DNA of 64,000 bases from an uncultured delta proteobacterium (lineage in GTDB: Bacteria > Myxococcota > Myxococcia > SLRQ01). The translations under genes and the position numbers were made by a program. Under the pieces are notes generated by a model, which made no database searches, was not told the DNA's origin, and worked only from the letters and a program-made list of their open reading frames with translations. Shown here piece after piece: positions 10,923 through 21,192 of this stretch; position 1 is the stretch's first letter, and each line of letters starts with the position of its first letter. The stretch is taken from NCBI GenBank assembly GCA_963727485.1, contig CAVSGM010000002.1, positions 448,001 through 512,000 on the forward strand, in the 5' to 3' direction.

Positions 10923-11008
10923 CGGAGGGCGTCTATCACGGATCCCGGGGCCCCGTCACCGGCGAAGGCCACCGCCGGGCACCGGGCCCCAGGGCGCCGG
11001 ACCCCAGG

Positions 11009-11365
11009 TCAGCTCCCGTCCTGGGCCGGGTCGAGGTGGAACCGGTGGAGGACCCGGTGGAAGACGGGGGTCAGGAGCACCCCGGCGACCACGATGAAGG
11101 CGAGGCCCCCGACGAGGGCGTCGGCGATGGTGAAGACCTTCCCCGCCGCCGAGTGGACGGGCACCAGGGGCCCGTTCCCGGTCATCACCAGCGACGCGTC
11201 GAGGAAGCCGTCGAGCCACCCCAGGCCCTCGGTGAGGTGGAACCCCACCGCGCCGATGGTGAGCGCCAGGAGGTCGACCCCCACGGCCGAGGCCACCGCC
11301 AGGGCCATGCGCCCGACGAAGCTCGACCGGCTGGCCAGGGGCTGGTGTCGCCGCTCGTAGGTCAT
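11009..11365 (-). CDS. Small two-TM membrane protein with channel-pore-like architecture
   Basis: 118-aa tail of the 11009..13801 ORF. ATG overlaps the xerD stop (TGATG). TM-GFHLTEGLGWLDGFLDASLVMTGNGP-TM resembles an Ion_trans_2 pore helix and loop. Confidence 0.65.
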   Translation of the reverse strand: MTYERRHQPLASRSSFVGRMALAVASAVGVDLLALTIGAVGFHLTEGLGWLDGFLDASLVMTGNGPLVPVHSAAGKVFTIADALVGGLAFIVVAGVLLTPVFHRVLHRFHLDPAQDGS

Positions 11366-12252
11366 CAGGCCCGGGGGTGGTGCTCGGCGTAGAGCTTGCG
11401 GAGCCGGGCCCGGTCGACGTGGGTGTAGATCTCGGTGGTGGCGACGTCGGCGTGGCCGAGCATGGCCTGCACCGCCCGGAGATCCGCGCCCCCCTCGAGG
11501 AGGTGGGTGGCGAAGGAGTGCCGCAGCTTGTGGGGGCTGATTTCCTTTTGGATTCCAGCCACCTTTGCGTACTTCTTCAAGAGCTTCCAGAACCCCTGGC
11601 GGGTCATGGCCCGGGCCCGGTTCGAGGGGAAGAGCGCCCTCGCCGGGCGCCCCCGGAGGATCTCCTCCCGGGGCCCCTCGAGGAAGCGGACGATCCAGCC
11701 GATGGCCGAGCGACCCAGCGGGACCAGCCGCTCCTTGTCGCCCTTGCCCCGGGCCTGGAGGTAGCCGGCCTCGAGGTTCACGTCGTTGAGCTCGAGGCCC
11801 GTCAGCTCGCTGACCCGCAGCCCGGTGGCGTAGAGGGTCTCGAGCATGGCCCGGTCCCGGGTGCCCGCCGGGGTGGTGGCGTCGGGGGCGCCGAGGAGGC
11901 GCTCGACCTCGTCGTGGGTGAGGAAGACCGGGAGGCGACGGGCCCGGCGGGGGGTCTCGAGGTCGGCGGTGGGGTCGCAGTCTGCGAGCTGCTCCCGGAG
12001 GAGGAAGCGGTGGAAGGTGCGGATGGCCGCCAGGGCCCGCGCCTGGCTCCGGGCCGAGAGCCCGTGGTCGGCGAGGACCTTCAGGTGGGCCAGGACGTGG
12101 TCGCGGGTGACGTCCCCGGGGGCGGCGCACCCGGCCTGGGTGAGGCCCTTGAGGTAGCGGTCGAGATCCCGCCCGTAGGCCTCGACGGTGTTCGCCGAGA
12201 GCCCGCGCTCCAGGCGGATGTACGAGAGGTAGAGGTCGAGGAGGTGCTCCAT
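11365..12252 (-). CDS. xerD: Site-specific tyrosine recombinase XerD
   Basis: ERGLSANTVEAY, YATGLRVSEL, HKLRHSFATHLLEGGADLRAVQAMLGH, TTEIYTHV, HHPRA. Confidence 0.93.
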   Translation of the reverse strand: MEHLLDLYLSYIRLERGLSANTVEAYGRDLDRYLKGLTQAGCAAPGDVTRDHVLAHLKVLADHGLSARSQARALAAIRTFHRFLLREQLADCDPTADLETPRRARRLPVFLTHDEVERLLGAPDATTPAGTRDRAMLETLYATGLRVSELTGLELNDVNLEAGYLQARGKGDKERLVPLGRSAIGWIVRFLEGPREEILRGRPARALFPSNRARAMTRQGFWKLLKKYAKVAGIQKEISPHKLRHSFATHLLEGGADLRAVQAMLGHADVATTEIYTHVDRARLRKLYAEHHPRA

Positions 12253-12866
12253 CAGATCGCGTCCACCCTTCCCTTGCCCTCGCGGAGGACCTCGGGCCCG
12301 TCGCCGGTGAGGTCCACCACGGTGGAGACGTCGAAGAGGTTGAGGCCCACGTCGAGGATGAGATCGAGGCCGTGGCCGAGGCGGTCGCGGATCTCCCGCG
12401 GGTCGGCGATGACGGCGCCGTCCTCCTCGGTGGCCGTGGTGGAGAGGATCGGGTGGCCCAGGCCCCGGACCAGCGCCAGGGCGACCTCGGAGTCGGGGAT
12501 GCGCACGCCCACGGTCTTCTGCCGGGTGATGAGGAGCTTCGGCACCTCCTTGGTGGCCCGGAGGATGAACGTGTAGGGGCCCGGCGTGAGCCGGCGCAGC
12601 ATCCGGTACTCGGCGTCGCCGACCCGGGCGAAGCTCGCGGCCTGGGAGAGGCTCTCGCAGAGGAAGGTGACCGGGCGCTTCGGGTCCCGGGCCTTGAGGG
12701 CGTAGAGCTTCTGGGCCGCCTGCTTGTTGAGCAGGTCGCAGCCGATGCCGTAGGCGGTGTCGGTGGGGTAGACCACCAGGCCCCCGCCCTCGAGGACCTC
12801 CACGGCCTGGTCGATGGCCCGCGGCTGCGGGTGCTCGGGGTCGATCTCCTGGAGGCGCGCCGGCAT
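12252..12866 (-). CDS. yciO: Sua5/YciO/YrdC family protein (YciO-like)
   Basis: EIDPEHPQPRAI, VYPTDTAYGIGC, PGPYTFIL, KTVGVRIP, STVVDL. Confidence 0.8.
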   Translation of the reverse strand: MPARLQEIDPEHPQPRAIDQAVEVLEGGGLVVYPTDTAYGIGCDLLNKQAAQKLYALKARDPKRPVTFLCESLSQAASFARVGDAEYRMLRRLTPGPYTFILRATKEVPKLLITRQKTVGVRIPDSEVALALVRGLGHPILSTTATEEDGAVIADPREIRDRLGHGLDLILDVGLNLFDVSTVVDLTGDGPEVLREGKGRVDAI

Positions 12867-12952
12867 CGGGTCGAGGCTACACCGGGGCCGGTTCCGGTCA
12901 ACTTCGCGGCCGGGCGGTACGCGCCTCGCGGCCCTGGTACAGTCCCGCCATC

Positions 12953-13789
12953 ATGAACGCCTCGACCCTCCCGACGTCCCGCCGACTCCGGTCGCGCACC
13001 CTGGTGGCCGCCGCCTTCTCTTCGCTGGCGATCCTCCTCGCAGGCTGCTTTCCGGCGCCGTCGGGGGATGGCTCGGGGTCGCAGGCGGACGGCGGCGGAA
13101 GCGCTGGCGTCGATGGGGGCGGCGCCACGGACGGGGGTGGCGCCACGGACGGAGGCGCCACCCAACCGGCGTCGCTGCGCATCACCGAGATCAACCCGGC
13201 CGGCCGCTCGGAGCTCATCGAGCTGGTGGCCGTCAGTGGCGGTACCCTCGGCGGCATCACCCTCCAGGAGCTCACCAACTCCGGGTTCTCGTACGCCTTC
13301 CCGGCGGGCTACACCCTCGCTGACAACGACGTGATCGTGCTGCACGTCGGGGGCACCTGCACCGACGTCGCCGGGGATCGCACCTCGTGCGGCAACACCG
13401 CGCCGTTCACCAGCTCGGCCTGGGACTTCAGCGCCCCCGGCGCCTTCACCTTCTAAGGGAAGGTGTTCGAGGTGTTCGGCCCCGATGGCTCCCCCATGGA
13501 CGGCGTCCCCTTCGTGAAGAGCCATGGGGTGATGCCGTCGAGCCTCGTCGCCGCGGTCCAGCAGCTCCAGTCGGACCGCGTCTGGGCCGCGAGCCCCGCC
13601 TGCGTGGACGACCCCTCGACCGGGCTGGCGAAGGATCGCTACTGCCGGAACATCTCGGTGGCCTGGGACAACCTGCTCACCGACGACTCGAACAGCGTGG
13701 CGCGGATCGCGGGATCGTCGCCGCTCACCGTACCGGGCTCGGCCTCGGAGTGGAGCGCGGCCCTGCCGTCGACCTGGGGCACCTACTAG
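12953..13789 (+). pseudogene. Lamin-tail-domain-like lipoprotein interrupted by an in-frame TAA at 13454-13456
   Basis: Lipobox LAGC, a DGG linker and LRITEINP...ELIEL (LTD-like). ORFs 12953..13456 and 13463..13789 share a frame, separated only by TAA-GGG-AAG. Confidence 0.6.
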
Positions 13790-13840
13790 CCGCGAGGCCA
13801 CGAGGCTACCCCGCCCCTGGGTGAACCTCGGCGGGACGCA

Positions 13841-14251
13841 TCAGGGCGTGCAGGTGATCGCCACGTTCGTGATATCGGCGAGGCTGACAATTCCCGAGCC
13901 ATTCGTCACCGTGCAGGTCTGGGTGGGCCCGCTCGGCTCGGTGGTCACGCTCACCGCGTAGACGCCGCCGCTCGCCACCTTCGTCGTGAACGAGAAGCTC
14001 GTCGCGCCCGCGGGGACCGGCAGGTCCTCGCTGCCGTTGTGCAGCACCAATCCAGTGCCGGTCAGGCCCGTGATCGTCCCGCCGATCGCGTAGGTCGATC
14101 CGCCGGACCCGGAGCCGGACCCGGAGCCGCCATCTCCACCCTGCCCTTGCGGCTTGGCACCGCAACCGGCGGTGCCCAGCGCCCCGACCATGGTCGCCAG
14201 GACCAGGCCCCATCCGAACCTGCTACGAAACCCACCACGGAGCGTAAGCAT
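13841..14251 (-). CDS. Small lipoprotein with a beta-sandwich module
   Basis: Lipobox TAGC and a GS linker, then TYAIGGTITGLTGTGLVLHNG...YAVSV.TEP...C.V.NGSG...V.ITC, a module common in secreted repeat proteins. Confidence 0.65.
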   Translation of the reverse strand: MLTLRGGFRSRFGWGLVLATMVGALGTAGCGAKPQGQGGDGGSGSGSGSGGSTYAIGGTITGLTGTGLVLHNGSEDLPVPAGATSFSFTTKVASGGVYAVSVTTEPSGPTQTCTVTNGSGIVSLADITNVAITCTP

Positions 14252-14368
14252 AAGACCCTACTTTCTTGCGACGGGTCCACATGCCCAGCTCCAGGGGACG
14301 AGAAGCCATCAGGACTGTCAATGCGGGCGCTGACCAGGATAACCGTTCTCGAGGCCGCCGCGGTGGCT

Positions 14369-17104
14369 TCATGTGGGGCGGAGCTTCTTGAGCTTGTAGA
14401 GCCACTCCAGGGCCTCGCGGGGGGTGAGCCCGTCGGGGTCCACCTCGTCCACCGCCAGGTCCAGAGGCGAGGGCCCGCGCTTGCCGCCGCCGAAGAGCGA
14501 GAGCTGCCCCGCCCCCTCGGCGTCGCCCTTGTGCTTGGCCAGCGCCGGGCGCCCGAGGGCGTCGAGCTCGGTGGACTCGAGGTTCGCCAGGACCTCGGCG
14601 GCCCGGTCGAGGACGCCCACCGGCAGGCCGGCGAGCCGCGCCACCTGGATCCCGTAGCTGCGGTTGGCGGCGCCGGCGACGAGCTTGCGCAGGAAGACCA
14701 CCTGGCCGTTCCACTCGCGCACGGCGACGGTGTAGTTGGCGACGCCGGCCAGCGCCTTCGCGAGATCGGTGAGCTCGTGGTAGTGGGTCGCGAAGAGGGT
14801 CCGGCAGCGCACCCGGTCGTGGAGGTCCTCGGCCACCGCCCAGGCGATGCTCACCCCGTCGTAGGTGCTGGTGCCCCGGCCAATCTCGTCGAGGATGACC
14901 AGCGACCGGTCGGTGGCGCCGTTGAGGATGCTCGCGGTCTCGGTCATCTCCACCATGAAGGTGGACTGGCCCCGGGCGAGGTTGTCCGAGGCGCCGACCC
15001 GGGTGAAGATCCGGTCGCAGAGGCCCACCCGCGCGCGCTTCGCCGGGACGAAGCTGCCCACGTGGGCCAACAGCGCGATGAGGGCGGTCTGGCGCATCAC
15101 CGTGGACTTGCCCGCCATGTTGGGGCCGGTGATCACCAGGAGGAAGCGCTCGCCGCCGACGCTGACGTCGCAGGGGACGAAGGGCCCGGCGCCGCCGCGC
15201 TTCAGCGCCGCCTCGACCACCGGGTGGCGGCCCTCCTCGATGTCGAGCTCCCGGCTCTCGTCGACCACCGGGCGGCACCAGCCCTCCTCGGCGGCGACCT
15301 TCGCCAGCGCCATCAGGGCGTCGAGGTCGGCGACCCGGTCGGCGCGCTCCCGCAGGCTGGTCGCGTGCCCCACCACCTCGGCGCGCAGGTCCTCGAAGAG
15401 CCGGTGCTCGAGGGCCTTGCGCTTCTCCTCGGCGGAGAGGACCTTCCCCTCGTAGCCCTTGAGCTCGTCGGTGATGTAGCGCTCGGCGCCCTTCATGGTC
15501 TGCCGGCGCACGTAGTCGCCCGGGACCTTGTCGAGGTGGCTCTTGGTGACCTCGATGTAGTAGCCGAAGACCCGGTTGTACCGGACCTTGAGTGACCCGA
15601 TGCCCGTGCGCTCGCGCTCGGTGGTCTCGAAGCGGAGGATCCAGTCCTTCCCGTGGGCCGAGAGCTCGATGAGCTCGTCGAGGTCCGGGTCGAAGCCCCG
15701 CCGGAGCATCCCGCCCTCGGTGATGGTCGGGGGCGGGTCGTCGACGAGCGCCGCGTCGAGGCGGGCGCGCAGCTGCGGCAGGCCGTCGAGGCCCGTCGCC
15801 AGCTCGGCGAGGCGGCCGGCCACCCCGGCGTCCGCGAGGCGGGCCTTGAGCTCCGGGAGCACCGCCAGCGACCGCGCCAGGGCCTTGAGGTCCCGGGCGC
15901 TCCCCTGCCCCAGCGCCAGGCGGCCCACCAGGCGCTCGAGGTCGGCGATCTCCCGGAGGGCGTCGCGCAGGTCGTCCCGGAGCACCGCCTGCTCGGCCAG
16001 CGCCGCCACCGCGTCCTGGCGGGCGACGATGGCCTGCTTGTCCTTCAGGGGCCAGGTGAGCCACCGGGCGAGGCGCCGGCCGCCCATGGCGGTCACCGTC
16101 TTGTCCACGATGCCCAGCAGGCTGCCCTGCTTCTTCCCGTCGGCGAGGCTCCGGAGGACCTCGAGGTTGGCCCGGGTGGCGTCGTCGAGGACCAGGTGGT
16201 CGCCGGGGTGGTACACGGACAGGCGGTCGGCGTGGACCGCGTCGCGCTTCTGGGTCCGGGCGGCGTAGCGCAGCGCCGCGGCGACGGCGACGGCCACCAG
16301 GTCGCCCTCGGGGCCGTCGGGGACCCCGTAGCCGGCCAGGGTGTCTACGTGGAGATGGCGCAGCAGGTGGCCCCGGGCGCTGCGCGGGTCCCCGAAGACC
16401 TCGGCGTCGCCTCGCCCCAGCGACGCCGCCGGCACCCGCGCCGCCAGCCCCGCGACCCGGGCCCCCTCGGCCTCGCCCTCGAAGAGCAGCTCCCGCGGCG
16501 CCGCCCGGGCCAGCTCGTCGCCGAGGCCCCGGTCGGAGGCCAGGTGCGCCGCCCGGAGCGCCCCGGTGGACACGTCGAGAAACGCCACCGCCCCGCCCGC
16601 TTCCCCAAGCGCCAGCGCAGCCACCAGCCGCTCGGTGCGCGGGTCCAGGGCGTCGGCCTCCAGCACCATCCCCGGCGTCAGGATCCGCGTCACCTCCCGG
16701 CGGACCAGCCCCTTGGCCTCCGCCGGGTCCTCGACCTGCTCGACCACCGCCACCTTGAGCCCCGCCTCCACCAGCCGGCCGAGGTACGCCTTGGCCGCGT
16801 GGTAGGGGATGCCCGCCATGGGGAAGCGGTCCTCGCCCTTGCCCCGGGCGGTGAGGGTGATCTCCAGGAGCTCCGAGGCCCTCACCGCGTCCTCGAAGAA
16901 GCACTCGTAGAAGTCCCCGAGGCGGAAGAGGACCAGGCAGTCGGCGTTGGCCTGCTTGACCTCCAGGTACTGGGCGAGCATCGGGGTGATGCGCCCGGTC
17001 TTGCGCAGATCGTCGGCGGTGCGGTCCACCGGGACCGGCTCCCTCGCCGTCTCGACCACCCCGGCGCCGTCGCCCGCCGCCGGCTTGCCTCTCGCGCGCG
17101 CCAT
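14369..17104 (-). CDS. mutS: DNA mismatch repair protein MutS
   Basis: TPMLAQY, FRLGDFYECF, ITGPNMAGKST, STFMVEM, DEIGRGTS, ATHYHEL, SYGIQVA. Confidence 0.97.
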   Translation of the reverse strand: MARARGKPAAGDGAGVVETAREPVPVDRTADDLRKTGRITPMLAQYLEVKQANADCLVLFRLGDFYECFFEDAVRASELLEITLTARGKGEDRFPMAGIPYHAAKAYLGRLVEAGLKVAVVEQVEDPAEAKGLVRREVTRILTPGMVLEADALDPRTERLVAALALGEAGGAVAFLDVSTGALRAAHLASDRGLGDELARAAPRELLFEGEAEGARVAGLAARVPAASLGRGDAEVFGDPRSARGHLLRHLHVDTLAGYGVPDGPEGDLVAVAVAAALRYAARTQKRDAVHADRLSVYHPGDHLVLDDATRANLEVLRSLADGKKQGSLLGIVDKTVTAMGGRRLARWLTWPLKDKQAIVARQDAVAALAEQAVLRDDLRDALREIADLERLVGRLALGQGSARDLKALARSLAVLPELKARLADAGVAGRLAELATGLDGLPQLRARLDAALVDDPPPTITEGGMLRRGFDPDLDELIELSAHGKDWILRFETTERERTGIGSLKVRYNRVFGYYIEVTKSHLDKVPGDYVRRQTMKGAERYITDELKGYEGKVLSAEEKRKALEHRLFEDLRAEVVGHATSLRERADRVADLDALMALAKVAAEEGWCRPVVDESRELDIEEGRHPVVEAALKRGGAGPFVPCDVSVGGERFLLVITGPNMAGKSTVMRQTALIALLAHVGSFVPAKRARVGLCDRIFTRVGASDNLARGQSTFMVEMTETASILNGATDRSLVILDEIGRGTSTYDGVSIAWAVAEDLHDRVRCRTLFATHYHELTDLAKALAGVANYTVAVREWNGQVVFLRKLVAGAANRSYGIQVARLAGLPVGVLDRAAEVLANLESTELDALGRPALAKHKGDAEGAGQLSLFGGGKRGPSPLDLAVDEVDPDGLTPREALEWLYKLKKLRPT

Positions 17105-17165
17105 GGAGCGGCGGATGGTGCCACAGGGGGCCGCGGGGTGTCATCCGGTGTGGTACTTGGGGTGC

Positions 17166-17894
17166 ATGGAAACGACCCGCGCCGACTACGGCCTCGACGC
17201 CCCCGGGGTCATCCGGAACCTCGCGATGTTCGGCGGGGCACTCGTCGCCCTCGGGGGCATGGTGCTCGTCCTCGGCGGGCGGTACGCGGGCCTGTCGAAC
17301 CTCGGCTTCTGGCCCGGGGCTTCGATGCTCGCCGCCGCCGGCCTGATGCTGTGGAGCAGCCGGTCTGGCAAGCGCTCGGCGGCGGAGAAGCTGGTGGACG
17401 GCCTGGGCCTCGAAGGCGGCGAGACCGTCCTCGACGTGGGCTGCGGCCACGGGCTCCTGCTCATCACCGCCGCCCGGGCCCTGACGACCGGCCGGGCCCT
17501 GGGCCTCGACCTCTGGTCCCAGGTGGACCAGCACGACAACCGGCGCGAGGCCACCCTGGCCAACGCCGCCGCCGAGGGGGTCGCCGACCGGGTCGAGGTC
17601 CACGACGGGGACATGCGCGAGCTGCCCTTCGGCGACGCGAGCGTCGACGCGGTGGTCTCGAGCCTCGCCATCCACAACGTCCCGGGGCGGGACGCGCGCC
17701 GGAAGGCCCTCACCGAGATCGCCCGGGTCCTCAAGCCCGGGGGCCAGGTCGCCCTCCTCGACATCGCCCACGTCCACGAGTACGCCGCCGACCTCGAGGC
17801 GGCGGGGCTGATGGAGGTGGACGTCAGCGGTCCCGTTCCCACCGTGTTCCCCATGGCGCGGGTGGTCCGGGGCCGGAAGCCGGCGGCCGGGTAG
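17166..17894 (+). CDS. Membrane-anchored class I SAM-dependent methyltransferase
   Basis: Two N-terminal TMs, VLDVGCGHG, GDMRELPF.D.S.D, RVLKPGG. Confidence 0.85.
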   Translation: METTRADYGLDAPGVIRNLAMFGGALVALGGMVLVLGGRYAGLSNLGFWPGASMLAAAGLMLWSSRSGKRSAAEKLVDGLGLEGGETVLDVGCGHGLLLITAARALTTGRALGLDLWSQVDQHDNRREATLANAAAEGVADRVEVHDGDMRELPFGDASVDAVVSSLAIHNVPGRDARRKALTEIARVLKPGGQVALLDIAHVHEYAADLEAAGLMEVDVSGPVPTVFPMARVVRGRKPAAG

Positions 17895-17900
17895 ACGCCC

Positions 17901-18630
17901 GTGGGCCTCTTCGTCGAGGACACCGGCCCCCGGAGCGGGACCCCCGTGGTCTTCCTCCATGGCGGCGGGATCGGATCGCCGGGCGTGGCGCGCCCAGGCG
18001 CAGGCCTTCGCGGACACTCGCTGCCTCTTCGTGGATCTCCCCGAGCACGGGCGGAGCCTGGAGGCGGGCCCCTTCTCCATCGACGGGACCGTCACCGCCG
18101 TGGCCGCCCTCATCCGCGCGCGGGCCCCCGCCGGCCGCGCCCACCTGGTGGGGCACTCCCTCGGCGGCATCGTCGTGCTCCATCTCCTGGCGGCGGCGGC
18201 GGAGGTCGTGGACCACGCGGTCGTCGCCAGCGGAAACCTCCACCCCTCGGCGCTCTACCGGGTGCTCGCCTCCTGGCCCGCCTGCCTCCTGCTCTCGGCC
18301 GCCGGGCGGCTCACCGGCCGGGGGACCCCGGCGGCCGTGCTCCATCGCCTCTATGGCGAGACCCTCCGGCACCTCCGGATCCCCGAGGGGCTCGCGGCGG
18401 CCGAGGCGCCCACCCTCCTCCTCGCCGGGGACCGCGAGCCCGCGTTCCTCCGGGCGTCGAACCGCGAGGTTGCCGCCCGCCTGCCCCACGCCCGGGCCCT
18501 GGTGGTCGCGGCCGCGGGGCACCTCTACCCCTTCGAGACCCCCGAGCGCTTCGAGGCGCTGGTGCGCCGGTGGCTCGCCGACGCTTCCGTCGACGACCTC
18601 GCCGGCGTGCGCCCGGACCCGGGCCCCTGA
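17901..18630 (+). CDS. Alpha/beta fold hydrolase (frameshift near 17970)
   Basis: VVFLHGGG is in one frame; DLPEHGRS, GHSLGG and AGH are in the next. Confidence 0.75.
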
Positions 18631-18689
18631 GGGCCGCCGGCGACCCCGGGACGGTACGCGCCGGCGCCACCGTGCGATAGAACCCGGCC

Positions 18690-19621
18690 ATGGGATCCGC
18701 CGCCGCCCTGCCCCGCCTCGCCCTGGCGGTCACCCTCGGCCTCGCCCTCGGGGGTCTGCCGGCGGCGGACGCGCGTGCGGACGACGCGACCCGGCAGGAC
18801 CACGTCGCCGACGCCGCGCTCACCGCGAAGCGCGCCGGCGATCCGGCCAAGGCCCTGGCCCTCCGCGAGCGGGCCCTGAAGGCCCTGGAGGGCAAGCCCG
18901 GCTGGCCCCACGCCGCCTACGCCGCCGCCACGGAGGCCCTGGACCTGGGCCGCGACGGCGACGCCAAGGCGCTGCTCCGGCAGGTCGCCTTCGGTCACCC
19001 GGGCGCCATCGACGCCCCCAGGGCCCTCCGCCGCCTGGCGTTCCTCCACCCGAAGGCCGCCCGGGCCTCCTGGTACCGGGACGCCGCCCGGCGCCTCGCC
19101 GGGACACCCGCTCCAGGCCGAGGCGCTGTTCCAGTGCGGCGAGGCGGCCACCGCGGCGAAACAGTGGGCCCTGGCGCTCGCAATGCTACCGTCCCGGTGA
19201 TCCGCCACCACGCCACCGCGCCCTTCGCCGACGAGGCGCTCCTCCACGCCGCCGACGCCTGGCGGGCCCTGGGCAAGGTGAAGGCCGCCGAGGCCCTCTA
19301 CGGCTGGGTGGTCCTGGGGCCGCCGGGGCTGCCGAGGGGCCAGGGCCCGTTCCCCACCCACCTGGCGGCGGACGCGCTGATGGCCCTCGGCCGACTGCGG
19401 GCGAAGGACGACCCGGGCGGCGCCCTCCACGCCTGGCAGAGGCTCCTCGCCGACCACCCCACCAGCCGGCTCTGCGACGACGCCCTCCGGGCCATCGCCC
19501 GCCTCGAGACGAGGCGGGGCCACGACGCCGCCGCGAAGCGCGCCTGGAGCGGCTCCTCCGGGACCACCCCGAGTCCCGCTACGCCGCGGGGCGAAGGCCG
19601 CGGAAGGCGGACCTGCGATGA
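18690..19621 (+). CDS. Secreted TPR protein (BamD/CpoB-like helical repeats), several frameshifts
   Basis: Signal peptide and TPR-like segments (FADEALL, LADHPTSRLCDDAL, LLRDHPESRYA) spread over alternating frames near 19110, 19185 and 19545. Rebuilt stop overlaps the mlaF ATG. Confidence 0.55.
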
Positions 19622-20353
19622 TCGCGGTCCAGGAACTCGTCGTCGAGCTCGACGGCCGGCGCGTCCTCGACGGGGTCACCCTCGAGGTCCCCGCCGGGCA
19701 CGCTGACCGCCCTCATCGGCCCCTCGGGCAGCGGCAAGACCGTGCTCCTCAAGGCCCTCTCGGGCCTGCTGCCCATCGCCTCGGGGTCGGTCACCGTCGG
19801 CGGCGAGGAGGTCGCCGGGCGCAGCGAGCGCGACCTGTTCCCGGTGCGCGCGCGCATGGGGATGCTCTTCCAGGGCGGCGCCCTCTTCGACGACCTCACC
19901 GTCGCCGGCAACGTGGGCTTCCCGCTCGCGCGCCGGGGCGTTCCCCCCGAGGAGATCGCCGCCCGGGTCACGGCCGAGCTCGAGCGGGTGCGCCTCGCCG
20001 GGGCCGCGGACCTGATGCCCAGCGCCCTGTCCGGGGGCATGCGCAAGCGCGTGGGCATCGCCCGGGCGCTGGTCGCCGATCCCGAGGTCGCCCTCTACGA
20101 CGAGCCCACCGCCGGCCTCGACCCGGTGACCTCGGCGAAGATCCTGGGCCTCCTGAAGACCGCCCGGGACGAGCGCGGGGTCACCGGGCTGGCCGCCGGC
20201 CACGAGCTGACGAGCCTCCTGCCGGCCTGCGACGCCGTGTGCCTCCTCGACGAAGGGCGGGTGCGCTACCACGGCCCCGTCGCGGGCCTGGAGGCCGCCG
20301 AGGACCCCATGGTCCACGCGTTCGTCACCGGCGAGGAGCGGCCGGCCCCATGA
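19618..20353 (+). CDS. mlaF: MlaF-type ABC ATPase (frameshift near 19700)
   Basis: GPSGSGKT, GMLFQGGALFD, LSGGMRKRVGIARAL, YDEPTAGLDP. Confidence 0.85.
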
Positions 20354-21192
20354 GCCCCGGCGGCCCCACCTCCCCCACGCCTCCCGGCGCGTCCACCGAG
20401 GCCGACGGCCCTACCTTCCCCGGCGCCGGCGTCCTCGCCGCCGTCGGGGCCTTCGCCCTCTCGTTGGCCCGGGAGACCGGCGGCATCGCCCTCGTCGTCT
20501 GGCGCGCCACGTTGGCCCTGCTCCCCCCGCGCACCGACGCCCGGGAGCTGCTCCGCGGCCTCTACCGCTTCGGCATCCAGAGCGTGCCCATCGTCGTCGC
20601 CACCGCCTTCCTCACCGGCGTCATCGTGGTCCTCCAGGCCGCGGTCTACGTGACCCGCTACCGCGCCACCGTCCTCGTCGGCTGGGCCACCGGCTTCACC
20701 ACCTTCCGGGAGATCGGCCCGGTGCTCATCGCCCTGATGATCTCCGGGCGCGTGGGGAGCACCAGCACCGCCGAGCTCGCCACCATGGCCGTCACCGAGC
20801 AGGTCGACGCCCTGCGGGTCCTCGCCGTGGACCCGGTGGCCTACCTGGTCATCCCGCGGATCTTCGCGCTCGTCGCCGTGACCTTCCTGCTCACCGTCAT
20901 CGGCGACGTGCTGGCCATCGCCGGCGGGGCGCTGTCGGCGAAGGTGCTGGTGGGCGTCGGCTTCTCGACCTTCTGGGCCTCGTTCCAGTCCGCGGTCCAC
21001 CTCGCCGACCTCACCCAGGGCCTGGTGAAGTCCGCGGTCTTCGGCTGGGCCATCGGCGTGGTCTCCTGCCACTTCGGCCTCTCCGCCCGGGGCGGCGCCT
21101 CGGCGGTGGGGCGCGCGGTGACCCGGGCGGTGGTCGCCTCGGCGGTGGCCATCTTCCTCCTCGACTACCTGGTCACCAGGCTCCTCACGTGA
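20350..21192 (+). CDS. mlaE: MlaE family ABC permease
   Basis: REIGPVLIALMISGRVGS..TAELATMAVTEQVDAL, YLVIPR, VGRAVTRAVV. Confidence 0.9.
   Translation: MSPGGPTSPTPPGASTEADGPTFPGAGVLAAVGAFALSLARETGGIALVVWRATLALLPPRTDARELLRGLYRFGIQSVPIVVATAFLTGVIVVLQAAVYVTRYRATVLVGWATGFTTFREIGPVLIALMISGRVGSTSTAELATMAVTEQVDALRVLAVDPVAYLVIPRIFALVAVTFLLTVIGDVLAIAGGALSAKVLVGVGFSTFWASFQSAVHLADLTQGLVKSAVFGWAIGVVSCHFGLSARGGASAVGRAVTRAVVASAVAIFLLDYLVTRLLT

Noticed and set aside
11365..12252. Tyrosine recombinase as a prophage or island integrase
   Set aside because: Length, motifs and the scpAB context match housekeeping XerD. No att repeats or phage genes nearby.
13454..13456. Stop-codon recoding (Sec/Pyl) in the LTD-like gene, given selA in the window
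   Set aside because: The codon is TAA, which is not read as Sec (TGA) or Pyl (TAG).
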